Source: Lachnospiraceae bacterium UBA1718 (lineage in GTDB: Bacteria > Bacillota > Clostridia > Lachnospirales > Lachnospiraceae). Taken from it: a stretch of 55,693 nucleotides of DNA. The notes beneath the pieces were generated by a model, which was not told the origin of the DNA, did no database searches, and saw nothing but the letters and a program-made list of their open reading frames with translations. This document shows, piece after piece, positions 10,032 through 19,461 of this stretch. A program made the position numbers and the translations under genes. The first letter of the stretch is position 1; each line of letters starts with the position of its first letter. Location: NCBI GenBank assembly GCA_002317245.1, contig DCIU01000150.1, positions 246 through 55,938 on the forward strand, given 5' to 3'.

Positions 10032-11678
10032 ATGGCTTGTGAATGGTATAAGGGGATGTCATTCTACCAGATATGGATCAGAAGCTTCAAGGACGGCAAC
10101 GATGACGGAATTGGCGATCTGTACGGTGTATATGACAAGCTTGACTATATTAAATCTTTAGGAGTTGATGGAATCTGGTTCTCACCAATCTATCCGTCAC
10201 CTAATGCAGACTTTGGATATGATATATCTGATTATAAGAATATTCACCCTGAATATGGTGACCTGGACCAGTTTAAGAAGGTGCTGGACAAAGCCCACGC
10301 TATTGGACTTAAGGTGATAATGGACCTTGTTATCAACCATACATCGGATGAACATCCATGGTTCATTGAGAGTAAGAAGAGCAAGGATAATCCCTATAGT
10401 GATTATTATATCTGGAGGGATGGCAAGAAGGGCAAGCTTCCTAATAACTGGGATTCCATGTTCGAAGGCAAGGCCTGGGAATATATGCCAGAGAGAGACC
10501 AGTATTATCTGCATCTCTTTGCCAAGAAGCAGCCGGACCTCAATATGGATAATCCTAAGGTCAGGGATGAGGTTAAGAGCATTATGCGCTTCTGGCTTGA
10601 TATGGGAGTGGATGGCTTCAGAGAGGATGTCATTACATTCATTTCCAAGGCAGATGGTCTTCCTAACGGCCTTCCATTCATACCTGTAGCCAATGGTATG
10701 CCATATTATAAGGATGGTCCTCGTATTCATGAATACTTAGGGGAATTTAGAGAAGTATGTAATGAATATGACTGTTTCCTGTTAGGAGAGGGACCAATGA
10801 CCACCACAAGGTCAGCACTCAGATACATGGAGGGAGAGAACAGGACGCTTGATATTATGTTCAACTTCGATCATATGATGGCAGACTGCTTCCTCACTGA
10901 ATATATCCACAGACCATTTAACTTAGTTAAGCTTAAGAAGGCTTACAGTAAGTGGCAGAAGGAACTTAACGGAAGAGCGTGGAATACACTTTATATTGAG
11001 AATCATGATCATCCTAGGGTAATCAGCAGGTATGGTAATGAGAAGTTCCACAGAGAGAGTGGAACCATGCTTGCTGCCAGCTTCATATTCCAGCAGGGAA
11101 CACCATTTATCTATCAGGGGCAGGAGATTGGTATGACCAATATAAGGCTTGACTCCATAGATAAGTATGTGGACGTATCTTCCAAGACTAATTACCACAG
11201 GTTCCATACCAGGGAAGCAATTGAGAAGAGATTAGAGCGTATATATCATTCCAGCCGTGACTCTGCCAGAACTCCAGTCCAGTGGGACGATTCTTGGCAT
11301 GCAGGCTTCTCTGCAGTGGAGCCATGGTTCTATGTTAATGACAACTATCCCGAGATCAATGTTAAGGTAGAAGAGGATGATCCGCTCAGTATCCTCAATT
11401 TTTACAGGAAATGCCTTGAATACAGGAAGAATAGTGATGTTATTCTGTGGGGAAATTATAGGGAATTCTTCAGGAAGGATCCCCTGCTGTATGAGTATGA
11501 GAGGAGCTATAAGGGGAAAAAAGTGCTTGTGATATGCTCCTTCTCAGAGCACAGAATGCCACTGCTAATCCCTAAGGAATATAAGGACCTCCATGGTAAA
11601 TTAGTCCTTTGCAACTATGCTAGTCACGATAAGAAGGTGCTTAAGCCATATGAGACAAGGGTATATGAGCTAAAGTAA
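10032..11678 (+). CDS. GH13 oligo-1,6-/alpha-glucosidase
   Basis: DGNDDGIGD, GYDISDY, DLVINH, QPDLN, GFREDV nucleophile, GE acid/base, ENHD. Confidence 0.95.
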   Translation: MACEWYKGMSFYQIWIRSFKDGNDDGIGDLYGVYDKLDYIKSLGVDGIWFSPIYPSPNADFGYDISDYKNIHPEYGDLDQFKKVLDKAHAIGLKVIMDLVINHTSDEHPWFIESKKSKDNPYSDYYIWRDGKKGKLPNNWDSMFEGKAWEYMPERDQYYLHLFAKKQPDLNMDNPKVRDEVKSIMRFWLDMGVDGFREDVITFISKADGLPNGLPFIPVANGMPYYKDGPRIHEYLGEFREVCNEYDCFLLGEGPMTTTRSALRYMEGENRTLDIMFNFDHMMADCFLTEYIHRPFNLVKLKKAYSKWQKELNGRAWNTLYIENHDHPRVISRYGNEKFHRESGTMLAASFIFQQGTPFIYQGQEIGMTNIRLDSIDKYVDVSSKTNYHRFHTREAIEKRLERIYHSSRDSARTPVQWDDSWHAGFSAVEPWFYVNDNYPEINVKVEEDDPLSILNFYRKCLEYRKNSDVILWGNYREFFRKDPLLYEYERSYKGKKVLVICSFSEHRMPLLIPKEYKDLHGKLVLCNYASHDKKVLKPYETRVYELK

Positions 11679-11781
11679 CAAAAATTGCATAAAAATATCA
11701 AAAAAAGTTACTAAATTTTGTCTACAAATGATATAATATTTGTACAATTCAAATAACTACAAGTATTGTGAGGGACCACAT

Positions 11782-12618
11782 ATGACAATTGATTACGAAC
11801 AGATTAATCCAGCATTAGCTAAATTTTTAGAGCAGTTACCAGCTTTCTATCAGTTATTAGACGATACATCCTATGTATTAATCCTTGATACTGAGGGAAC
11901 AGTTGTAGGTTACCAGATTCCAGCAGGTTCAGAACCACTTCAGAATATCGGAGATCACTTCGAAGATCCAAGCGGTGGCTTCGATGAAGTCCTTAGAACA
12001 GGCGTTAGAAAGTATAATTATCTTCCTAAGGAAGTTATGGGTACAGCTTTCGAAGGTTATCTTGCTCCAATTATGGATGGCAGTGAGGTCGCTGGTGTTG
12101 CTGTATATTCACATTCAGCAGCTGAGAAGGATGCTATTAGCTCTATCGCTAAGGAATTCAAGGGCGCTGTAGAAGAGATTGGGACTTCTGTTGACGATAT
12201 GATTGGTGGTATTGCCAAGGTTAATGATATTCTTGGACAGATTACTACTCAGACAGAGAGCATTGGTGAAGATGTTAAGACAGCTGGTACAATTGTTAAG
12301 AACATCAGTGGTAACGCAGCTCATTCTAATATTCTTGCTCTTAACGCTACAATCGAGGCAGCTCGTAGTGGTGAGGCTGGCCGTGGATTCTCAGTCGTTG
12401 CTTCTGAGATGAGTAAGCTTGCTAATGATTCAGGTGCTTCAGCTAAGAAGATTTCTGAGACACTTAAGCTTATCGAGGCTGATATTAAGGTTATTACAGA
12501 TGGTGTTAACACATCTGATACTGTAGCAAGCGAGAATCTTGATATGACTGATACAATCAGAGAGAAGCTTGCTAAGTGCTTAGAGCTTGCTGAGAGCCTT
12601 GAGAGCTCAATCAAGTAA
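11782..12618 (+). CDS. Soluble methyl-accepting chemotaxis protein
   Basis: MCP hairpin NILALNATIEAARSGEAGRGFSVVASE; no TM segment; SD GAGGGA before ATG 11782. Confidence 0.93.
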   Translation: MTIDYEQINPALAKFLEQLPAFYQLLDDTSYVLILDTEGTVVGYQIPAGSEPLQNIGDHFEDPSGGFDEVLRTGVRKYNYLPKEVMGTAFEGYLAPIMDGSEVAGVAVYSHSAAEKDAISSIAKEFKGAVEEIGTSVDDMIGGIAKVNDILGQITTQTESIGEDVKTAGTIVKNISGNAAHSNILALNATIEAARSGEAGRGFSVVASEMSKLANDSGASAKKISETLKLIEADIKVITDGVNTSDTVASENLDMTDTIREKLAKCLELAESLESSIK

Positions 12619-12642
12619 TTATAGAGCAGACTACGTATAGGC

Positions 12643-12670
12643 AAGGCGTACCTTTGGGTACGCCTTTTTT
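12643..12670 (+). terminator. Intrinsic terminator
   Basis: AAGGCGTACC/GGTACGCCTT plus T run. Confidence 0.88.
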
Positions 12671-12689
12671 ACTAGATAAGGGAAAAATA

Positions 12690-15248
12690 ATGTCAATTGA
12701 TATATATTACATTCAGATTAATCTAACCTGCATACTGATATTAGGGCTGATACTCTTCAGTATACCAAGGTATAACTACCATACTTTGCGTTCAGTATTG
12801 TTCAATTTGATGCTTGTGACCACTGTTGTCTACTGCTTATCAGACCTCTTTGCGGGCGTATTCAGGGGAGCAACCTTCACAGGAGCAAGGGAGATTATAT
12901 GGATATCCAATATTCTCTACTCTGTGTCTATGATTATGTTAGCTTTTGAGTGGGTACTCTTCAGTACTGCCGTACTTAAGGGAAAGGTGGGTACCTGGAT
13001 ATCCTGGACGACTGGAGGATTCGGCCTTGCCATACTGCTTGCCAATGTTATTACCCCTGTGACCAAGCTGATATTCTATATCGATGAGAGCAATCTCTAT
13101 CATAGAGGAAGCTACATAGCCCTCAACTGGGCATACGTATATGCCTGCCAGTTATTCCCAATACTGTTAATGAGTTCCTCAGAGGTTGATAAGAGGGAGA
13201 AGAGAGCAATTGCCCTCTATCCTTTGTTCCCTCTTATTGCCAGCGTTATTCAGATTGCCTTCTATGGTGTGTCAACGGGTCAGGTTGGTGCAACCATGTC
13301 CATCATTTTAATCTACGTAGTACTGCAGGGTCGTGAGATTAATGACAATAGACGAGCTCAGGAGAGACTGGAGATTGAATCAGAGCTCGCTAAGAGCGCC
13401 AACGAGGCCAAGAGCAATTTCTTAGCCAGTATGTCTCATGAGATCAGAACACCTATCAATGCTGTCCTTGGAATGGATACAATGATTCTAAGAGAGAGCA
13501 AGGATGACAACATCCGTGAGTATGCTATGAATATCTACACTGCCAGCAATACTCTCTTAGCCCTAATCAATGATATTCTGGATTTCAGTAAGATTGAGTC
13601 GGGCAAGATGGATATAGAGCCGGTTCAATATGACTTCGCAACTCTTCTTGGCGATGTCTTCAACATGATAAGAATCAAGGCTGAGGTCAAGGGTCTTCAG
13701 ACTGTTATAGATGTAGATAGTAGTCTTCCAAGCGGACTTATTGGTGATGACGTAAGGATCCGCCAGATTCTCTTAAATATAATGGGCAATGCTGTTAAGT
13801 ATTCAGACGAGGGCGGCATCAGGCTTACGGTATCTGGCGAGAGGGAAGAGGACAGAGTTAACCTTCACTTTTCCGTTAAGGATACAGGAATTGGCATTAA
13901 GGAAGAGGACATCGGCAGGCTCTTCGATGATTACGAGCGAGTTACTGAGCTGCGTAACAGAAGTGTCGAAGGCACGGGCCTGGGCCTTAGTATCACAGCC
14001 AAGCTCCTTAATCTGATGGGCTCTGAACTTAAGGTGAAGAGCGTGTATGGCGAGGGTTCGGACTTCTACTTCGACCTGGTTCAGCAGATTAGCGACTATT
14101 CAAGACTTGGTGATATGACAGCCCGCATCAGGCAAAAAGCAGAGGAATTCAGCTATCAGTCAGCCTTCACTGCTCCAGAGGCCTATGTGCTGGTTGTAGA
14201 TGACAATAAGATGAACAGGGACGTATTCTGCGGACTTATTAAGGAGACAGGCGTCGTCATTGATCAGGCTGCTTCTGGCCTGGAGGCTCTTGAGCTTATT
14301 GATAAGAATTCTTACGATATTGTCTTCTTGGATCATATGATGCCAGATATGGACGGTATAGAAGTGCTAGAGCATATTAGGGAGAAGAGGCCCAAGGAAG
14401 AGGATGCAAGTGTATATGTTGCACTTACAGCCAATGCCCTTAGTGGCTCTAAGGAATACTATGTCGGTGCTGGCTTCGATGATTATATGTCCAAGCCTAT
14501 CATACCTGAGATGCTGGAGAATATGCTCCGAAGGTATATACCTGAGGATAAGTTAATTAAATCTGATAATCCTGAGTTGAGTATGGCAGAGATTAAGTCT
14601 TCAGAGGACAAGGAAGTTAGGGAAGAGCTTCCAATGGTAGAGGGTATTGACTGGAACTATGCTATGCTTCATTACCGCAGCAGTGAGGCTCTGGAGGATG
14701 CAATTAAGACCTTCTATAACATGATTGCTGTTGAGGCCGAGGAGCTTAGTTACTACTTTAATAAGCTTAAGGATGATAATGATGATGCCAGTGCACTAAG
14801 CAATTACCGTATTAAGGTTCATGCCATGAAGAATGAAGCCAACCTGATTGGTGGCTATTTCTTAGGAGGAAGCGCTGCAAGCCTGGAATATGCCTCCCGT
14901 GATGGCAATATTGGCCAGGTCCTTGATGTCACGCCTTACTTCCTCGATAGCTGGAATAGCTATAGGAGTAAGCTTAAGTTGCTATCATTTTTGACAGATT
15001 CTTCTGATAAGCAGTCTATAGAGGGCCATCAGGATGAGGTCAGAGACTTACTTACAAGGCTTAATGATGCTATGCAGGCCTTCGATGTCCATGGTGCTGA
15101 TGATGTCATGAAGGAGATTGATGAATACCAGTTCCCAGAGAGTCTGGAGGAGGATATGAGCAGACTTAAAGGATATGTAAGTAATCTTGACTCGGATAAT
15201 GCAGAGATTCTTATTAATAAGCTTATGGAAGAAATTGCCAATATATGA
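12690..15248 (+). CDS. Hybrid sensor histidine kinase (7TM, HisKA, HATPase, REC, Hpt)
   Basis: SHEIRTP H-box; GNAVKY, DTGIGI, GTGLGL; REC VVDD...DHMMP...KP; Hpt VHAMKNEA; the TTG at 12654 lies inside the terminator, so ATG 12690 is preferred. Confidence 0.95.
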   Translation: MSIDIYYIQINLTCILILGLILFSIPRYNYHTLRSVLFNLMLVTTVVYCLSDLFAGVFRGATFTGAREIIWISNILYSVSMIMLAFEWVLFSTAVLKGKVGTWISWTTGGFGLAILLANVITPVTKLIFYIDESNLYHRGSYIALNWAYVYACQLFPILLMSSSEVDKREKRAIALYPLFPLIASVIQIAFYGVSTGQVGATMSIILIYVVLQGREINDNRRAQERLEIESELAKSANEAKSNFLASMSHEIRTPINAVLGMDTMILRESKDDNIREYAMNIYTASNTLLALINDILDFSKIESGKMDIEPVQYDFATLLGDVFNMIRIKAEVKGLQTVIDVDSSLPSGLIGDDVRIRQILLNIMGNAVKYSDEGGIRLTVSGEREEDRVNLHFSVKDTGIGIKEEDIGRLFDDYERVTELRNRSVEGTGLGLSITAKLLNLMGSELKVKSVYGEGSDFYFDLVQQISDYSRLGDMTARIRQKAEEFSYQSAFTAPEAYVLVVDDNKMNRDVFCGLIKETGVVIDQAASGLEALELIDKNSYDIVFLDHMMPDMDGIEVLEHIREKRPKEEDASVYVALTANALSGSKEYYVGAGFDDYMSKPIIPEMLENMLRRYIPEDKLIKSDNPELSMAEIKSSEDKEVREELPMVEGIDWNYAMLHYRSSEALEDAIKTFYNMIAVEAEELSYYFNKLKDDNDDASALSNYRIKVHAMKNEANLIGGYFLGGSAASLEYASRDGNIGQVLDVTPYFLDSWNSYRSKLKLLSFLTDSSDKQSIEGHQDEVRDLLTRLNDAMQAFDVHGADDVMKEIDEYQFPESLEEDMSRLKGYVSNLDSDNAEILINKLMEEIANI

Positions 15249-15286
15249 TAGTATTCATATAAGCAATTGTACGCAAGAGGATAGAA

Positions 15287-16036
15287 ATGAAAGACCTTAT
15301 ATTAATCGCTCAGAATAGCAATGGATTCGTAATCAGATCCCTTGAGACATCACTTATAATAAAAGGTGTCAGCTGTCTTGTATTGCCCTTCAGGGATATT
15401 CCTACAGATGAGGACTTCAAGGAGTCTACATTAATCTTCATCCTTGGATCGGACGAGCTGGAACAGAACCTGTATATGCTTCAGACCATTAAGAGCAAAT
15501 GTATTGAGCATGAAAGAAGGGTAGTCTGCTTCGGACTTACCGAGGAGAATGAGTTCCTGAAGAAGCAGCTGGGGGATAGTGTTCTTATTCATGAATTCCT
15601 AAGACCAATGCCACCTCTGGAACTTGCTGACAAGGTTAAAAAGGTATGCGAGCGAGAGAAGAAACGACACACTACTCACAAGGTCTTGGTAGTAGATGAT
15701 TCGGGTATGACCCTTCGTACCATGATGGAATGGCTTGAGGGCGACTATATAGTACAGGTTGCCAATTCTGCCATGAAGGCTACACCAATGATTGAGAAGG
15801 ATACGCCAGATATAATTCTGCTTGATTATGAGATGCCTGAATGCAGTGGTGCGGACTTCTTCATGATACTTAAGAACAATCCGAAGACTAAGGATATTCC
15901 TGTTATCTTCCTTACATCCAAGGATGATATTGCTATAGTTAAGCAGGTACTGGAGCTTAAGCCGGCAGGCTATGTACTTAAGACCACACCTAGGGAGACA
16001 CTTATCGAACGAATCGAAGAGATTCTGTCTAACTAG
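15287..16036 (+). CDS. Response regulator with a degenerate N-terminal domain and a C-terminal receiver; no DNA-binding output
   Basis: VLVVDDS, LLDYEMP, FLTS, LK in the C-terminal half. Confidence 0.88.
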   Translation: MKDLILIAQNSNGFVIRSLETSLIIKGVSCLVLPFRDIPTDEDFKESTLIFILGSDELEQNLYMLQTIKSKCIEHERRVVCFGLTEENEFLKKQLGDSVLIHEFLRPMPPLELADKVKKVCEREKKRHTTHKVLVVDDSGMTLRTMMEWLEGDYIVQVANSAMKATPMIEKDTPDIILLDYEMPECSGADFFMILKNNPKTKDIPVIFLTSKDDIAIVKQVLELKPAGYVLKTTPRETLIERIEEILSN

Positions 16037-16060
16037 ATAATTTAATACTAAGAAATAGCA

Positions 16061-16096
16061 AGAGCCGTGGGATCGTCCACGGCTCTAACTTTTTTA
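16061..16096. terminator. Terminator between convergent genes
   Basis: AGAGCCGTGG/CCACGGCTCT stem; T-rich downstream. Confidence 0.8.
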
Positions 16097-16128
16097 TTCA
16101 TTTTAATTATTATATCAGCTTTGTTGTC

Positions 16129-17304
16129 TTACTTAACTGGCGCTGCCACACGACCGTCAAGGGTTGTGAAGTTAACAACCTTAGCTGCTGCAAACTCATC
16201 AAATACCTTGTTGAACATATCAACATCATCTTCAGCATAATCCTTAATATCATCATTAACTACTGAATTATTCTCTCTATAGAAGCCACCAATCTTAGTT
16301 GGATATCCTTCATCATCGAACTCTGTAACTGAGATATACTTCATCATAATCATGCTGGCATCATCAGTTCCGTTATCACCATAGCAATACTCGTTGATCT
16401 CATGATGTCCGAAGCAGTATACAAGACCTGCATCGTCGATAGAGATTGGATAAGCAGTTCCATTTGTAGCAAGGCAAATATCTGCTGTTACAGTGCCATT
16501 TGCCTTCTTGGTATATGCTACTGAATCAATTGCTGCCATATTCTCGCCATCACAGTTATCGAATACTCCGCTTGCTACAAGAAGAACATCACCGTCATAG
16601 CCCTTAACCTTAACAAGTGCGTAAGCCTCGTCACCTTCAAGGAGTGAGATAATCTCATCATATGATTCGAAGGATGTCTTACCTGTTCTCACTTCTAATT
16701 CATTAGAAGGGTAGTCCATGTCCGTCTCTGCTGGCTGCATAAGATTCATTGCTGCACCGTATACATCGAAGCCATCAAGGTCATTTGCCTCTGCTGAGAG
16801 AGAGTACATAACTCCAGCCCACTGGTTGTACCAGAGAACAACCTGAATATCACCCTCATCTGTTCTTGCGGCCATCTCCTTGCTAGCATAATCCCAGAGA
16901 GTTCCTTCTGACTCATCATTCCATTCATAATAGAGACCGGAGATATCTGTGAACTCGTCAAGCTTCTGAGCTCTGAGAGTCATCTTAGTGGATCCTTCCT
17001 CTGTTGTATATCTGATCTCACCAAGCTCGTTGTTGATAAGAAGATATGTCAGATCTTCAGCATTATCAGGAAGGAATACTTCCATGCCTGCTACTTCCAC
17101 AAGCTTCTCATAATCCACTTCTTCAATTGGATTTCCCATGCCAACAATTTCTTCTTCTGCGGCGGCTTCCTCACTTGCTGCTTCTTCTGTTACCACTTCT
17201 GCGGCTGGAGCGGCTTCTTCTGTCTTGCCGCAGGCAATCATTGTTGCTGCCATGGCTGTTGCCATAAGTATTGTCATTATCTTAACTAAATTCTTCTTCA
17301 TCAT
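16129..17304 (-). CDS. Acidic lipoprotein of unknown function
   Basis: MMKK...ATMIAC lipobox; Glu/Ala-rich linker; GAGGA SD supports a start near 17304. Confidence 0.8.
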   Translation of the reverse strand: MMKKNLVKIMTILMATAMAATMIACGKTEEAAPAAEVVTEEAASEEAAAEEEIVGMGNPIEEVDYEKLVEVAGMEVFLPDNAEDLTYLLINNELGEIRYTTEEGSTKMTLRAQKLDEFTDISGLYYEWNDESEGTLWDYASKEMAARTDEGDIQVVLWYNQWAGVMYSLSAEANDLDGFDVYGAAMNLMQPAETDMDYPSNELEVRTGKTSFESYDEIISLLEGDEAYALVKVKGYDGDVLLVASGVFDNCDGENMAAIDSVAYTKKANGTVTADICLATNGTAYPISIDDAGLVYCFGHHEINEYCYGDNGTDDASMIMMKYISVTEFDDEGYPTKIGGFYRENNSVVNDDIKDYAEDDVDMFNKVFDEFAAAKVVNFTTLDGRVAAPVK

Positions 17305-17402
17305 AATCATCATCCTCACTTTTCTGTGTAGCCGACTGCATTTCCTGCTGTCTGATATGTAATACGAATCTCCTCAGTAAAAAGGACACTATTTAGGAAA
17401 AA

Positions 17403-17475
17403 TTAATACTGAACATTAATACTGGACTTAATACTGGACTTAATACTGGGCTTAATACTGGACTTAATACTGGAC
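17403..17475. repeat. Tandem 12-bp repeat TTAATACTGGAC x5 plus one degenerate copy
   Basis: Copies at 17416, 17428, 17440 (ends GGGC), 17452 and 17464; degenerate TTAATACTGAACA at 17403; the unit is the last four codons of truA. Confidence 0.95.
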
Positions 17476-18225
17476 TTCCATAAGGCACAGTCCCTGTGGT
17501 GGAGCAGTATAACCAGCAGTCGCGCGGTCAAGAGCTGCCAGCGTATCAGCTATGCTCTCGGGTGTACGCCTGTTAGTACCAACTTCAATCAGTGTGCCTG
17601 TGATAATCCGCACCATATTCTGGAGAAAACCGTCGCCAGTATAGTCAATCGCAATCTCTTTTACCCCATGGGAATCATACACGGAGTCAATGGTGATATC
17701 CGTAATTGTTCTCACTGTCGACTTCTTCATATGCTTATTGCCGCAGAAGGATCTGAAGTCATGCTCGCCTATAAGCAGCTTGGCCGCCTTCCGCATAGAA
17801 TCGATGTCCAGTGGCGCATCCAGGTATGTGTACACGTACCTCTTGGAAAAAGGATCTGCAATTGGGCTCACCTGCAAACGGTAGCGGTATGTCTTGCTCT
17901 TAGCTGAGAGTCTGGCATGGAAGCGATCATCCACCTCCTCGATATCCGTCACGGCAATATCTTCGGGAAGATATCTGTTGATATAGAGAAGAATGTCCTC
18001 CGGTGTCTGTCCTTCAGGTGGATCCATATGGAAGTTAGCCACCTGGCCATAGGCGTGTACGCCAGCGTCTGTCCTGCCCGAACCATTGACATCAATATGC
18101 TCTCCAGACAGCCTGCTTAATATGTGCTCTAATTTGCCCTGAATCGTGTTATCCGTATTATTCTGAACCTGCCAGCCATTGTAGGCAGTCCCATCATACT
18201 GGATAGTAATCTTGTAGTTCTTCAT
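17464..18225 (-). CDS. truA: tRNA pseudouridine(38-40) synthase
   Basis: YDGTAYNGWQ, GSGRTDAGVHAYGQV, FHAR, GEHDFRSF, GDGFLQNMVR, TAPPQGL. Confidence 0.97.
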   Translation of the reverse strand: MKNYKITIQYDGTAYNGWQVQNNTDNTIQGKLEHILSRLSGEHIDVNGSGRTDAGVHAYGQVANFHMDPPEGQTPEDILLYINRYLPEDIAVTDIEEVDDRFHARLSAKSKTYRYRLQVSPIADPFSKRYVYTYLDAPLDIDSMRKAAKLLIGEHDFRSFCGNKHMKKSTVRTITDITIDSVYDSHGVKEIAIDYTGDGFLQNMVRIITGTLIEVGTNRRTPESIADTLAALDRATAGYTAPPQGLCLMEVQY

Positions 18226-18231
18226 AGGCGA

Positions 18232-18240
18232 ATTATACCA
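18232..18240 (-). promoter_or_regulatory. Extended -10 promoter of truA (probably leaderless)
   Basis: Minus strand reads TGG-TATAAT-TCGCCT-ATG with no SD. Confidence 0.6.
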
Positions 18241-18321
18241 TATATGGTGAAATATTCATCAAAAAAGAAATGCAATTAAGACATTTGGAGATGCTAGGGC
18301 GTATGTATCGTAAAAAGGCAG

Positions 18322-18475
18322 TCGCTACGAATTATAGCGGTATTTTTGAATAGTGATACATAGGAAGAGAATGATCGCTACGTATCATATGGAAAAATTA
18401 CTAATACAATACGTAAATTGATAGTACAAGCTACGTATGATATTCTTCGCTAGGCGTAAATGATACGTAATCATC
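18322..18475. repeat. Three degenerate ~53-bp palindromic units
   Basis: GCTACG at 18324, 18377 and 18430; each is followed ~30 nt later by an inverted arm resembling ATGATACGTA. Confidence 0.55.
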
Positions 18476-18516
18476 ATAATATGAACATCGGGAGCACTCT
18501 TCCAAAAAGAAAAATG

Positions 18517-18554
18517 AGAAAAAAGCTTACAACGTTAACACGCTGTAAGCTTTT
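18517..18554 (-). terminator. Terminator of the DUF3990 cassette
   Basis: Minus strand AAAAGCTTACAGCG-TGTTAA-CGTTGTAAGCTTTTTT; the G-U pair forms only on the minus strand. Confidence 0.85.
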
Positions 18555-18559
18555 ATTTG

Positions 18560-18769
18560 TTATGAAACAGTTATAATTTCGTCAGCAGTTACTTCTACAT
18601 CATAGTGGAGTTGAAGCTCTGGAAACTTATCTAGTCTTTCTTTAAGCTGATATTTTTGAATTAATTCAATTGCTTGCGCTTTGGTCATGCCACGAAGAAT
18701 TAAGCAACTCTCAACAGCTGACATATACCAAGCTATACTGTCATTTAGTTCTTTTGTACTCATCTCCAT
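18560..18769 (-). CDS. Small acidic helical protein, DUF3791-like partner of DUF3990
   Basis: SD AAAGGAG inside the upstream gene with a 10-nt overlap; M..AQA..L..KY pattern. Confidence 0.7.
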   Translation of the reverse strand: MEMSTKELNDSIAWYMSAVESCLILRGMTKAQAIELIQKYQLKERLDKFPELQLHYDVEVTADEIITVS

Positions 18770-19344
18770 GACACTCCTTTCTTTTCTCTGGGCATTTTAT
18801 CGATAACAGATAAACCTCTTTCAGTACTTATACAATACTGTATTCCAAATGATTTATCAAGAAATTCCTTAGCCTCTTTAACGGTAACGAGACGGGATTG
18901 AGCTTTACATTTTCTGGCAACTTGAGTAATGCTTCCGTCCGCTATAGAACCAATTACAATATCGTAGCGCTTGTCAAGATTATGGTCATCATAACCTTGG
19001 ATGGCTGAAACAGATTGAATGTATTTTAAGCCGCATCTGTTATTAATTATGAATTGTGCCCATTTGATAATATCGCTTTCGGATGAATAAACATCTATTT
19101 TTCCAAAATCTTTTACACTAATAATATTCTTAAAGTCTCCAATTAGTGTGAGTTCAACAATGCTAGGTTGTGACATACCAAAAGACTTTCTAAGTGCCAT
19201 TTTTTTGGCACTCCTAAGGACAGGCGTTAAGTAAAATCCTACTGCAAAATCACCTCCTCTAGGATTTTGATTTAGATTGATTCCAACGTTAACGATGTTC
19301 ATTTGTGAGAACATATCCGTTCCGTGATACAATGGTTCGCTCAT
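18760..19344 (-). CDS. DUF3990-family protein (ADP-ribosyltransferase-like motifs)
   Basis: LYHGT, DFxxGFYLT, WxxFIxxNR, YDIVIGxIAD, QYC; SD AAAGGAG. Confidence 0.82.
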   Translation of the reverse strand: MSEPLYHGTDMFSQMNIVNVGINLNQNPRGGDFAVGFYLTPVLRSAKKMALRKSFGMSQPSIVELTLIGDFKNIISVKDFGKIDVYSSESDIIKWAQFIINNRCGLKYIQSVSAIQGYDDHNLDKRYDIVIGSIADGSITQVARKCKAQSRLVTVKEAKEFLDKSFGIQYCISTERGLSVIDKMPREKKGVSWR

Positions 19345-19461
19345 TTTTGCTCCTTTACCAATGTGCGATGTTAATAAGATTAATTAAAAATGAAATCTGG
19401 AGTGAAATACCGTATAATGAATTACGGAAACTCCGCGGGCAACGAATATTGCCTTATGCAG

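Noticed and set aside
17403-17475. Possible CRISPR array
   Set aside because: 12-bp units with no spacers and no cas genes in the window
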